The notes: a model not told the origin generated them from the letters alone. DNA of 52,770 bases from Candidatus Saccharimonadota bacterium (GCA_019662065.1 JAIFWC010000001.1:1-52770), one strand, 5' to 3'; positions 29,591-37,205 are shown, counted from the stretch's first letter. Numbers and translations are program-made.

Positions 29591-30445
29591 ATGGGTGAGT
29601 TAGCACACAGAAGGCATGCGGCTGCAAGAGAAGTATTTAAGGACTCGAGCGAGCGATTAGGAATCGATCTAAGGAAGGTTTGCTTTGAAAGAGGTGAATT
29701 GAACTATCTCCAGGGTGAATCCCGCATCATACAACCATCCATAGTAGCTGTTGATTTGGCAGAATATGCCGCTTGGAGAGATATAAATGGTGAAGCGGAT
29801 GTTGTCACTGGCCTTAGCTTAGGCATGTTTGCAGCTATGGCTGCCGCTGGGGTGTTTGAATCCTATGATGATGCAGTGGAGGCGGCAGCTCGGAGAGCAA
29901 AAATAATGCACGCTACAGCCACAAGGACGGAAGGTAAGATGGCAGGAGCTGTTGGCATGGTAATGGATAAGCTAGAGCCGATTGTTCATAAGGCAGGTGC
30001 AGAGTTCGCTGTTATAAGAGATAGGGTAAGAAATAGTTTTGTAATTACCGGCACGGCTGAAGAAGTTGGACGGGTTGAAGAAGAAGCTAAAAAAGAAGGC
30101 CTACCTAGATGGGAATACCTTAATATTTCTGGAATGTTTCATTCAAAGCATCAAAAAGATTCAGTCAAACCATATGACAACGAGCTAAATGATTTTGAAC
30201 TGCATGACCCCTTGCTCCATTTACTAGGAAATAATGCCATGTATCTAGTGTCTGCGGAATCAGCCAGGCAGCACCTGCTTGACCAAATAGAGCAAACATC
30301 TGATTGGGATAAGGTAACCGAGCGACTCGCATTAGATGGCATAACTAAAGTCGTTGAGCTTGGCCCCGATAAAAAACGCGGCCTTGCCAGGCAGATGGTC
30401 AAAAACCATAAGGCGTCCGAAATTGAATTTCCATTCGCCGCTTAA
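29591..30445 (+). CDS. FabD-like acyltransferase-domain protein (malonyl-CoA:ACP transacylase family); 5' end apparently disrupted
   Basis: GLSLGMF (GxSxG nucleophile elbow) and ISGMFHSKH (FabD His region) are present. The conserved N-terminal IACLFDGQGIFAPGMG is encoded in frame upstream of ATG 29591 but has no in-frame start. Confidence 0.65.
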   Translation: MGELAHRRHAAAREVFKDSSERLGIDLRKVCFERGELNYLQGESRIIQPSIVAVDLAEYAAWRDINGEADVVTGLSLGMFAAMAAAGVFESYDDAVEAAARRAKIMHATATRTEGKMAGAVGMVMDKLEPIVHKAGAEFAVIRDRVRNSFVITGTAEEVGRVEEEAKKEGLPRWEYLNISGMFHSKHQKDSVKPYDNELNDFELHDPLLHLLGNNAMYLVSAESARQHLLDQIEQTSDWDKVTERLALDGITKVVELGPDKKRGLARQMVKNHKASEIEFPFAA

Positions 30446-30450
30446 AACCC

Positions 30451-30480
30451 TTTACAAGACAGTTGATTTTACCTTATAAT
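30451..30480 (+). promoter_or_regulatory. tuf promoter (TTTACA-17/18-TATAAT)
   Basis: TTTACA is at 30451-30456 and TATAAT at 30475-30480. A 75-nt leader follows with AAGGAG before the ATG. Confidence 0.65.
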
Positions 30481-30555
30481 TACCTCATATCGCACGAGGT
30501 GGTCTTTGCTGGCTTGTGCTAAATATTAACCAAATTCTAACAAGGAGTCATCTAT

Positions 30556-31740
30556 ATGGCAGAAAATTTTGACCGCAGCAAGCCGCACGTCAATGTTGGC
30601 ACCATGGGCCACGTCGACCACGGCAAGACAACCCTAACCGCAGCTATTACAGCCGTACTCGCTAAAAAGCTTCCCAGCTCAATTAATAAGCCGGTAGCTT
30701 ATGACCAAATCGACAACGCGCCAGAAGAAAAGGCGCGTGGTATCACGATTGCAACCTCTCACCAGGAGTATGAGTCCGAAAAGCGCCACTACGCCCATGT
30801 AGATATGCCCGGCCACGCCGACTACGTCAAGAACATGATTACTGGTGCTGCCCAGATCGATGGCGCCATTTTGGTAGTTTCGGCCGCTGATGGCCCCATG
30901 CCCCAAACTCGCGAGCACGTACTACTAGCCCGTCAGGTTGGTGTACCAAAAATTCTGGTTTTCTTGAACAAGATGGATCTGGCAGACGCCGAATTGGTTG
31001 AGCTGGTTGAGGAAGATGTCCGCGATCTGCTGGCCAAGTATGAATTCGACCGTGAAGCCCCGATTATCAAGGGCTCGGCCACAAAAGCTTTGGAAGGCAA
31101 CGGCGCTGATGAAGATGCCGTTATGGAGCTGGTCAAGGCTATGGATGACTATATCCCAGAACCAGTCCGCGATTTAGACAAGCCATTCTTGATGCCTATC
31201 GAAGACGTTTTCTCGATTAAAGGCCGTGGTACGGTTGCCACCGGCCGCGTTGAATTAGGAGTCGTGAAAGTTAACGAAGAAGTCGAAATTGTCGGTATCC
31301 GCCCGACCACCAAAAGCGTGGTTACTGGCGTGGAAATGTTTAAAAAGAACCTCGATCAGGGTCAGGCCGGCGACAACGTTGGAATCCTGCTGCGCGGTGT
31401 TGAGCGTGATGACATCGAGCGCGGCCAAGTTTTGGCCAAGCCGGGTTCTATCACACCACACACCGAATTTGACGCCGAAGTTTACATCCTGACTAAAGAA
31501 GAAGGCGGCCGCCATACCCCATTCTTTAAGGGCTACAAGCCGCAGTTTTATTTTCGGACTACCGATGTCACTGGCGAAGTTGAATTACCGGCCGACAAAG
31601 AAATGGTCATGCCCGGCGATACCGTAACATTTAAGGTTAAGCTGCTTGCCCCAATCGCTATGGACCAGGGTCTGCGCTTTGCTATCCGCGAAGGCGGCCG
31701 CACTGTCGGCGCCGGCGTCGTCACCAAAGTCACCAAATAA
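30556..31740 (+). CDS. tuf: elongation factor Tu
   Basis: 394 aa with [18 protein letters not shown] (DxxG-type G3 motif) and NKMD. Confidence 0.98.
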   Translation: MAENFDRSKPHVNVGTMGHVDHGKTTLTAAITAVLAKKLPSSINKPVAYDQIDNAPEEKARGITIATSHQEYESEKRHYAHVDMPGHADYVKNMITGAAQIDGAILVVSAADGPMPQTREHVLLARQVGVPKILVFLNKMDLADAELVELVEEDVRDLLAKYEFDREAPIIKGSATKALEGNGADEDAVMELVKAMDDYIPEPVRDLDKPFLMPIEDVFSIKGRGTVATGRVELGVVKVNEEVEIVGIRPTTKSVVTGVEMFKKNLDQGQAGDNVGILLRGVERDDIERGQVLAKPGSITPHTEFDAEVYILTKEEGGRHTPFFKGYKPQFYFRTTDVTGEVELPADKEMVMPGDTVTFKVKLLAPIAMDQGLRFAIREGGRTVGAGVVTKVTK

Positions 31741-31744
31741 GGCT

Positions 31745-31773
31745 TTTACACTTGGCACATTTTGACTTTAAAT
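31745..31773 (+). promoter_or_regulatory. candidate promoter for the orphan-ORF/rpsJ unit (TTTACA-17-TTAAAT); second -10 (TATAAT) at 31797-31802
   Basis: TTTACA is at 31745-31750 and TTAAAT at 31768-31773. The hairpin CCGTA-tgtataa-TACGG contains the second TATAAT. Confidence 0.45.
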
Positions 31774-31873
31774 CTGCGCTCCGCACTCACCGTATGTATA
31801 ATACGGCTCACTTACGGTGCTCGATTGTAAAGCCAAACTGCACTCAAATGGAAAAAGCCTTTCCGGGGATGGT

Positions 31874-32113
31874 ATGACCCAGGAACACTATCAACCTAAG
31901 CTCGAAGGTTTTGATGAGGCGTATACTATCCAGGCTGGCGACATTATGGCACAAAACGAATACTTGCATATAATTAAAGTGGTAGAAACCGCACAGGCCG
32001 AAAATAGCGAGAAGCGAAGAGAAGCTGAGCGGCTCAGAGCCATTGAAAATGCAAGGAAACGAAAGCTAACAGGCCGCAAAATATCCCATCTATTAAGACC
32101 GTTAGGAGCTTAA
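31874..32113 (+). CDS. orphan 79-aa protein immediately upstream of rpsJ
   Basis: The track ORF starts at GTG 31817. ATG 31874 (MTQEHYQPKLEG...) follows GGGGA. The C-terminal half is a basic coil (EKRREAERLRAIENARKRKLTGRK). Its TAA abuts the rpsJ ATG with 0 nt between them. Confidence 0.5.
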   Translation: MTQEHYQPKLEGFDEAYTIQAGDIMAQNEYLHIIKVVETAQAENSEKRREAERLRAIENARKRKLTGRKISHLLRPLGA

Positions 32114-32443
32114 ATGGCAGAAGCTAAAGAACCAGAAGTCAAACAACGGATCCGCATCCGTCTTAAGGCCTATGACCATAAGGTCATCGACCAATCAGCT
32201 AAGCAGATTGTCGATACGGCGTTGCGTACTGGTGCTAAGATCTCCGGCCCAATCCCACTGCCAACACGCAAAAGCACCTTTACGGTTGTCAAAAGCCCGC
32301 ATGTCTATAAAAAGGGCCGCGAGCAGTTTGAAATGCGTGTCCACAAACGCCTGATTGATATATCCGACCCAACTCCCAAGACAATCGATTCGTTAATGAA
32401 TCTGTCCTTGCCCGCTGGCTGCGACGCCGAAATCAAAATGTAA
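32114..32443 (+). CDS. rpsJ: 30S ribosomal protein S10
   Basis: [16 protein letters not shown]...SGPIPLPT... is present, with AGGAG 5 nt upstream. Confidence 0.97.
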   Translation: MAEAKEPEVKQRIRIRLKAYDHKVIDQSAKQIVDTALRTGAKISGPIPLPTRKSTFTVVKSPHVYKKGREQFEMRVHKRLIDISDPTPKTIDSLMNLSLPAGCDAEIKM

Positions 32444-32531
32444 TCTAGCTCACAGCTTTTTATCACAAAATGGCTATGATTAGGCGCAGTGGTGGAAAGC
32501 ATAAAATAAGTCGCTAGACTTAAGCCCACCG

Positions 32532-32559
32532 AAAAAGAGGCCAAAAGAGGCCTCTTTTT
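32532..32559. terminator. bidirectional rho-independent terminator between rpsJ and the convergent GATase
   Basis: AAAAAGAGGCC-aaaaga-GGCCTCTTTTT is a perfect 11-bp arm whose A/T runs give U-tracts on both strands. Confidence 0.8.
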
Positions 32560-32584
32560 AGTTAAACTGAGGGACAATCTATTT

Positions 32585-33310
32585 TCACTGATAGGTTTTA
32601 ACGAAATTGCGTAGGATTTTAACTGGCTCTATCACTGCCTGTTGGGCCGCTTCTTTGACTAATTTGCCGGCATCTTCTGGCGGGAAATAACCGTAGTTTT
32701 TATAAATCTGGATCCGCAGTGCCAAGCCAATATTATCTAGCTCGGGGTGGAACTGGCAGGCGTAAATATTGTTTTTGATGCGTAATAGCTGGGTCGGGCA
32801 GGTGCTCGAATATGCTAGTACTACCGAATTGGCGGGTAGTTTGTCGCACGATTCTTTATGCCCCGAAAATGCTACGAATCCATCCGGTAAATCTTTAAGC
32901 AGCTTGTCTTGCTTACCTTCTTGGCTCAGCTCGATCTTATAACCACCAATTACTTCTGGGTACTGGCGTGAGATCACACCACCTTGATGTTCAATTACAA
33001 CTCCAATATAGCAAGCTGCTAACAGTGGGAAGTCCTGCCCAGCAACTTCATCCATGATTTTGTTTATTGCGGCCTCGCACTTTTTCTGCTCAGTCGATTT
33101 TTTGGTTGGCAAATCGCTAACACAATATGGTCCACCACCGATAAAAATGCCAGAATAATTGGACAAATTCAGCTTAGGTAATTGCCCGCTATGGATCCTA
33201 ACTTGTCTTAATTGCTCCGGATTTAAGTCGCCAAATTTCATAAAAGCTTCGTATTCGTTATCAGCGGCTTTATCTTCTGGCCGGGAAAAAAAAAAAAAAA
33301 ACGGCTTCAT
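32585..33310 (-). CDS. class I glutamine amidotransferase-like protein
   Basis: 241 aa with a nucleophile-Cys region [16 protein letters not shown] and the His/Glu region ACQFHPE. It uses a TGA stop. Codons 4-9 lie in a T16 run. Confidence 0.8.
   Translation of the reverse strand: MKPFFFFFSRPEDKAADNEYEAFMKFGDLNPEQLRQVRIHSGQLPKLNLSNYSGIFIGGGPYCVSDLPTKKSTEQKKCEAAINKIMDEVAGQDFPLLAACYIGVVIEHQGGVISRQYPEVIGGYKIELSQEGKQDKLLKDLPDGFVAFSGHKESCDKLPANSVVLAYSSTCPTQLLRIKNNIYACQFHPELDNIGLALRIQIYKNYGYFPPEDAGKLVKEAAQQAVIEPVKILRNFVKTYQ
33286..33301. repeat. A16/T16 homopolymer inside the 5' end of the GATase CDS
   Basis: I counted 16 consecutive A on the + strand at 33286-33301. This encodes FFFFF(S) in [14 protein letters not shown]. 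Confidence 0.95.
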
Positions 33311-33375
33311 GCATTAATTTTAGCCGATTTTTAACAAGAGTTTCTGAGTTTCAGCAAGCTTGATAGGATGGCGTA

Positions 33376-33408
33376 GGGTGGTAAGCGCTGGATGAGCGCC
33401 TACCACCC
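33376..33408. other. 14-bp GC-rich hairpin downstream of the small high-GC3 gene (terminator-like, no U-tract)
   Basis: GGGTGGTAAGCGCT-ggatg-AGCGCCTACCACCC has 13 Watson-Crick pairs plus 1 mispair or wobble pair. Confidence 0.5.
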
Positions 33409-33417
33409 ATGGACCGC

Positions 33418-33714
33418 CTAGTGGTTCTTGTTGTAGTGCGAGATGAAGACGATGAAGCCAAAGATGGCGGCCGGGATGTAGAACATCCGCGATTGCCAGA
33501 ATGGCTTCCTTTGGCTGAGGATGCCCAGCTTCGCGCCAAACCGCTTGGCCACTGGCTTGGCGATCTCTCCGGTCTTGTCGAAGATCTTCGGCGCTGTGTG
33601 GCTGATGGTCTCGGTAGCCGACTTCAGAGCGTTGCTGCCGTTGCTTGTCAAATCCATCCTCCTGCTTTGATCGGGGTTTTGGTCTGACATTGAAACGCTT
33701 ATGCCGGACTTCAT
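33418..33714 (-). CDS. small C-terminally membrane-anchored protein with foreign (high-GC3) codon usage
   Basis: 98 aa, with alternative starts at M9 (33690) and M20. The C-terminal TM helix is MFYIPAAIFGFIVFISHY. By my count 74 of the last 90 codons end in G/C. All Lys codons are AAG. In the 90 codons from M9 onward, all Ile codons are ATC. Confidence 0.6.
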   Translation of the reverse strand: MKSGISVSMSDQNPDQSRRMDLTSNGSNALKSATETISHTAPKIFDKTGEIAKPVAKRFGAKLGILSQRKPFWQSRMFYIPAAIFGFIVFISHYNKNH

Positions 33715-33908
33715 CTGGCGACGATCAGGGTAATGACCGACAGTACCACCACCTCCTTAATGTTCGCTTGCCGAAACTCACACCTAGTAATAACTAGGCA
33801 TTCACACCTTAATCATCCTTATGATTGTTTTCTGTAATTTTTTTCAATGACAGCCAATTTACAAACCCAAAGCTTGAGTCTAAATGGCAAATTTTGGTGA
33901 ATCCGAGC

Positions 33909-33914
33909 TATAAT
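33909..33914 (+). promoter_or_regulatory. -10 element (TATAAT) of a new promoter feeding rplC and downstream genes
   Basis: gcTATAATatt, with a weak -35. An alternative is TTTACA (33858-33863)-17-TAAATG. Confidence 0.45.
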
Positions 33915-33924
33915 ATTGTAGTGG

Positions 33925-34070
33925 AATCCGCAACGGATTGACAGGAGTTTTCAATCCGTGTTAATCTGTTAAGGACAGTATTGATAAGTACGCTTGGTTT
34001 TGAACAGGTCTACCGACTGGAAACAGGGGTAGAAACCGACAAATCCAAGCATTTTTAAGGTGCTGTCTTA
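33925..34070 (+). promoter_or_regulatory. structured 5' leader of rplC: mutually exclusive small hairpins plus a ~100-nt rod capped by a GAAA tetraloop
   Basis: AATCCG-caa-CGGATT (33925-33939) competes with CGGATTGA-N9-TCAATCCG (33934-33958). In the rod, TAAGGACAG (33970-78) pairs with CTGTCTTA (34063-70). GCTTGGTTT (33992-34000) pairs with AAATCCAAGC (34041-50). GGTCTACC (34007-14) pairs with GGTAGAAACC (34028-37). The cap is CTG-GAAA-CAG (34017-26). Confidence 0.5.
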
Positions 34071-34098
34071 GAAATGCCCAATCTAAAAGGAAGGCCGC

Positions 34099-34719
34099 TT
34101 GAAAGCATTAATCACCCGAAAAATTGGTATGACCAGCGTCATCACTCAAGACGGCGCTCTACAGGCTGTTACCTTGCTTTCGGCCACGCCCAACGTTATT
34201 ACGCATATAAAAAATACCGAGGCCGATGGTTACCAGGCAGTTCAGCAAGGCTTTGAGCAAGTCAAAAAGGATAAGATTGGTAAGGCGCTTGGCGGCCATC
34301 TTAAGAATTCTAAGGCTTCGCCTAAGATTATCCGTGAATTTATTATTTCAAGCGATTTGGACGAAAACATCAAGGTCGGCGAGAACTTAAACGCCGATCT
34401 TTTTGAAGCTGGCCAGCTGGTTGATGTTACCGGTACCAGCAAAGGTAAGGGTTTTGCCGGCACTATTAAGCGCCACAACTTTAAGCGAGGCCGCAAGACC
34501 CACGGTGGCCGTAGCTACCGCCGACCTGGCTCAATTGGCTCGATGTACCCACAGCACATTTTTAAAGGCAAGAAAATGGCCGGTCAGATGGGCCACACCC
34601 GGGTAACTACTAAGATGCTCAAAGTGGCTTTTGTTGATAATGAATTAAATGTCATCGGCGTGGTTGGCGCGGTGCCTGGCCCTAAAAAGGGCATTGTTTT
34701 ACTTAAGGAGGCCAAGTAA
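34099..34719 (+). CDS. rplC: 50S ribosomal protein L3
   Basis: TTG start after AAAAGGAAGG; MKALITRKIGMTSV... Confidence 0.96.
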   Translation: MKALITRKIGMTSVITQDGALQAVTLLSATPNVITHIKNTEADGYQAVQQGFEQVKKDKIGKALGGHLKNSKASPKIIREFIISSDLDENIKVGENLNADLFEAGQLVDVTGTSKGKGFAGTIKRHNFKRGRKTHGGRSYRRPGSIGSMYPQHIFKGKKMAGQMGHTRVTTKMLKVAFVDNELNVIGVVGAVPGPKKGIVLLKEAK

Positions 34720-35357
34720 TGGCTGTAGCAACCTATACCAAATCGGGTAGTAAAGCCACTACTCCGGCTAAACTGGATAAGACAGTATTTGGCGTGGAAG
34801 TTAAAAATCATCAATTATTAAAAGATGCCTACTTAGCCTATACAGCCAATGGCCGGACTAACAACGCCGTGACTAAGCGACGCGGTGAGGTTAGAGGCGG
34901 TGGGCGTAAGCCTTGGCGCCAAAAAGGCACCGGTAATGCCCGCTTTGGTTCGTCCCGTAACCCAATCTGGCGCGGTGGTGGTGTGGCTTTTGGACCGACA
35001 GGCAATGAAAACTACAGCCGCAAGTTAAATACTTCTGCCAAGCGCCAAGCTTTGCGCCAAGCCCTAAGCCTGGCCGCCAAAGAAGACCGTATTAAAGTAA
35101 TTGAAGCCTTTGCTGTAACTGACGGTAAGGTTAAAACTGCCGTCAAACTACTTGATAAAATCGGCACCGGCAACAACACGCTGATTGTAGTAGCCAACAA
35201 AGATGACAAACTCGACCGGTCTACCCGCAATATCGGTAGCCTAAAACTCGTCGCTGCCACCTATTTGAATGTTTATGACGTAGCCAATGCTGACGTAATT
35301 ATTGTCGAAAAAGATGCCCTAGAGGCTGTTAGTGCGTGGCTCGGAGGTAGTAAGTAA
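34719..35357 (+). CDS. rplD: 50S ribosomal protein L4
   Basis: 212 aa with RRGEVRGGGRKPWRQKGTGNAR and a TAATG overlap. Confidence 0.96.
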   Translation: MAVATYTKSGSKATTPAKLDKTVFGVEVKNHQLLKDAYLAYTANGRTNNAVTKRRGEVRGGGRKPWRQKGTGNARFGSSRNPIWRGGGVAFGPTGNENYSRKLNTSAKRQALRQALSLAAKEDRIKVIEAFAVTDGKVKTAVKLLDKIGTGNNTLIVVANKDDKLDRSTRNIGSLKLVAATYLNVYDVANADVIIVEKDALEAVSAWLGGSK

Positions 35358-35686
35358 TGAAACTTTTAGCCTTAAAACCCCGGATTAGCGAAAAGTCCTA
35401 CGCCCTGAGCGAACAGATCAATACTTACATTTTTGACGTACCGTCTAACGCCAATAAATTTGACATTGCCAAGGCCGTCGCTGCCCAATTTGAGGTTGGT
35501 GTCACCAACGTCCGTCTGGCCAGTGTACCCGGCAAATCAGTTCGTTCCTACCGAAACCGCGGCCGCAAATCGATCACTGGTAAACGATCTGATGTTCGCA
35601 AGGCTTACGTGACTTTAAAAGAAGGCGATAAACTACCAATCTTTGCAGCGATCGAAGAAGCCGAAGCTCCTAAGGAGACTAAATAA
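35357..35686 (+). CDS. rplW: 50S ribosomal protein L23
   Basis: 109 aa in the expected position in the S10 cluster. It has a KAY..L..G L23 signature and a TAATG overlap. Confidence 0.93.
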   Translation: MKLLALKPRISEKSYALSEQINTYIFDVPSNANKFDIAKAVAAQFEVGVTNVRLASVPGKSVRSYRNRGRKSITGKRSDVRKAYVTLKEGDKLPIFAAIEEAEAPKETK

Positions 35687-36522
35687 TGCCCATCCGTGAG
35701 TATAAACCAACCACACCAGCCCGGCGCGGCATGAGCAGCCAGGACTTTGATGCTATTACTGCCAAGAAACCGCTCAAGAGCTTAGTCAGGACTAAGAAAC
35801 AAAATTCTGGCCGCAATAACCAGGGGCGGATTACCACCCGTCACCGCGGCGGTGGGGCTCGTCGGCATTACCGTCTGGTTAACTTCAAGATGCTGTCCGG
35901 TACTTCTGCAACTGTCGAGCAGATTGAGTATGACCCTAACCGTAGCGCCCGGATCGCCCGCATTAAAGACCAAGACGGCACCTATCATTATGTACTAGCT
36001 ATCCGCGGCATGAAGCCCGGTAAGAAGTTCAGTGTTAACGAAGAAGCCTCGATTGAAACCGGTAACCGCTTGCCGCTTAAAAACATCCCTACTGGCACCC
36101 AAATCCACGCCATTGAGTTGCAGCCCGGCCGTGGCGCCCAATTAGTGCGCACCGCTGGCTCCAGCGCCCAGTTGGTGGCCAAAGAAGAGGATTACGCCCA
36201 GGTACGCCTACCAAGCGGTGAAGTCCGGATGGTTAACGCTAATTCTATGGCTACGATTGGTGTAATCGGCAACGAGCAGCACCAGAATATCCGGGTCGGC
36301 AAAGCCGGCCGTAGTCGCCATAAAGGTATTCGCCCCACTGTCCGTGGCGTAGTTATGAATGCCGCTGACCACCCCCACGGCGGTGGAGACGGTGGCCGTC
36401 ACCGGATGGCCCGTCCGCCTACGACTCCTTGGGGCCAAAAGACCCTGGGTTATAAAACCCGGCGCCGCAAGAATACCAGCCGATTTATTGTAAGGACCCG
36501 CCACCAGGCGAAGAGGAGATAA
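35686..36522 (+). CDS. rplB: 50S ribosomal protein L2
   Basis: 278 aa with VRGVVMNAADHPHGGG. Confidence 0.97.
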   Translation: MPIREYKPTTPARRGMSSQDFDAITAKKPLKSLVRTKKQNSGRNNQGRITTRHRGGGARRHYRLVNFKMLSGTSATVEQIEYDPNRSARIARIKDQDGTYHYVLAIRGMKPGKKFSVNEEASIETGNRLPLKNIPTGTQIHAIELQPGRGAQLVRTAGSSAQLVAKEEDYAQVRLPSGEVRMVNANSMATIGVIGNEQHQNIRVGKAGRSRHKGIRPTVRGVVMNAADHPHGGGDGGRHRMARPPTTPWGQKTLGYKTRRRKNTSRFIVRTRHQAKRR

Positions 36523-36525
36523 TTT

Positions 36526-36810
36526 ATGAGCCGTTCACTTAAAAAAGGACCATTTATAGACCCTAAGTTAGCTAAGAAAGTAGCGGCTTTGGCACCCGAA
36601 GACCGTTCGGTGATTAAAACCTGGGCCCGGTCCTCTACAATCTCGCCGGATTTTGTCGGCAAGACTATCGCCGTGCATAACGGTAAAGTCCACGTGCCAG
36701 TATTTATAACCGAGAATATGGTTGGCCATAAACTAGGCGAATTTTCGCCTACCCGCAAGTTCCGTGGCCATGGCGGTAAACTAGCTAAGTCTCAGGGAGC
36801 CAGGGAGTAA
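36526..36810 (+). CDS. rpsS: 30S ribosomal protein S19
   Basis: [12 protein letters not shown]...[16 protein letters not shown]. Confidence 0.97.
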   Translation: MSRSLKKGPFIDPKLAKKVAALAPEDRSVIKTWARSSTISPDFVGKTIAVHNGKVHVPVFITENMVGHKLGEFSPTRKFRGHGGKLAKSQGARE

Positions 36811-36812
36811 TC

Positions 36813-37205
36813 ATGCCATCTATTGCTAACCAAAAGGGTATCCGAATCAGCCCCCGCAAAGTAGCGGTGGTAGCCTCTTTGGTCCGTGGCCGAAGCGTTG
36901 AAGACGCGCTGACAATTTTGGACTTTACGCCGCGCCGTGCTGCTTTGCCGGTTAAAGAAGCTATAAAAAGCGCCGCCGCCAATGCCGAACACAACCACAG
37001 TTATAAACCAGGCACCCTGGAGATTACCGAGATTAGTGTTACCAGCGGTCCGCGTTTAAAGCGCTATATCCCCGCCGCCCGCGGCCGGGCCCGCCGTTTT
37101 CAACGCAAGACCAGTCACATCCGAGTAGTAGTAGATGGTGAAAAACGAGAAATTAAAAAGACGTCTGAGCGTAAAGTCCCAGCCGCTAAGAAGGAGACCG
37201 AGTAA
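36813..37205 (+). CDS. rplV: 50S ribosomal protein L22
   Basis: 130 aa with RISPRKVAVVASLVRGRSVEDAL. Confidence 0.95.
   Translation: MPSIANQKGIRISPRKVAVVASLVRGRSVEDALTILDFTPRRAALPVKEAIKSAAANAEHNHSYKPGTLEITEISVTSGPRLKRYIPAARGRARRFQRKTSHIRVVVDGEKREIKKTSERKVPAAKKETE

Noticed and set aside
33409-33687. 92-aa + strand ORF overlapping the small high-GC3 gene.
   Set aside because: The minus-strand frame shows the strong third-position G/C periodicity and a clean C-terminal TM helix. The + frame product is an Asp/Val/Leu-rich shadow.
33711-33752. Micro-ORF (GTG GTG GTA CTG TCG GTC ATT ACC CTG ATC GTC GCC AGA TGA, a hydrophobic 13-mer) after AAGGAG on the minus strand. Its TGA overlaps the ATG of the 98-aa gene (ATGA).
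   Set aside because: The SD abuts the GTG codons with only 0-3 nt spacing, and the ORF is too short to evaluate. It may be a leader peptide or type-I-toxin-like peptide, but the sequence alone does not support a call.
33970-34070. The ~100-nt rod hairpin with a GNRA tetraloop looked like a 4.5S-type SRP RNA.
   Set aside because: The conserved domain IV nucleotides as I recall them (GGAA/GNAR loop flanked by AGG...AGCA internal-loop residues) are not present. Its position inside the rplC 5' UTR fits a cis-leader better.
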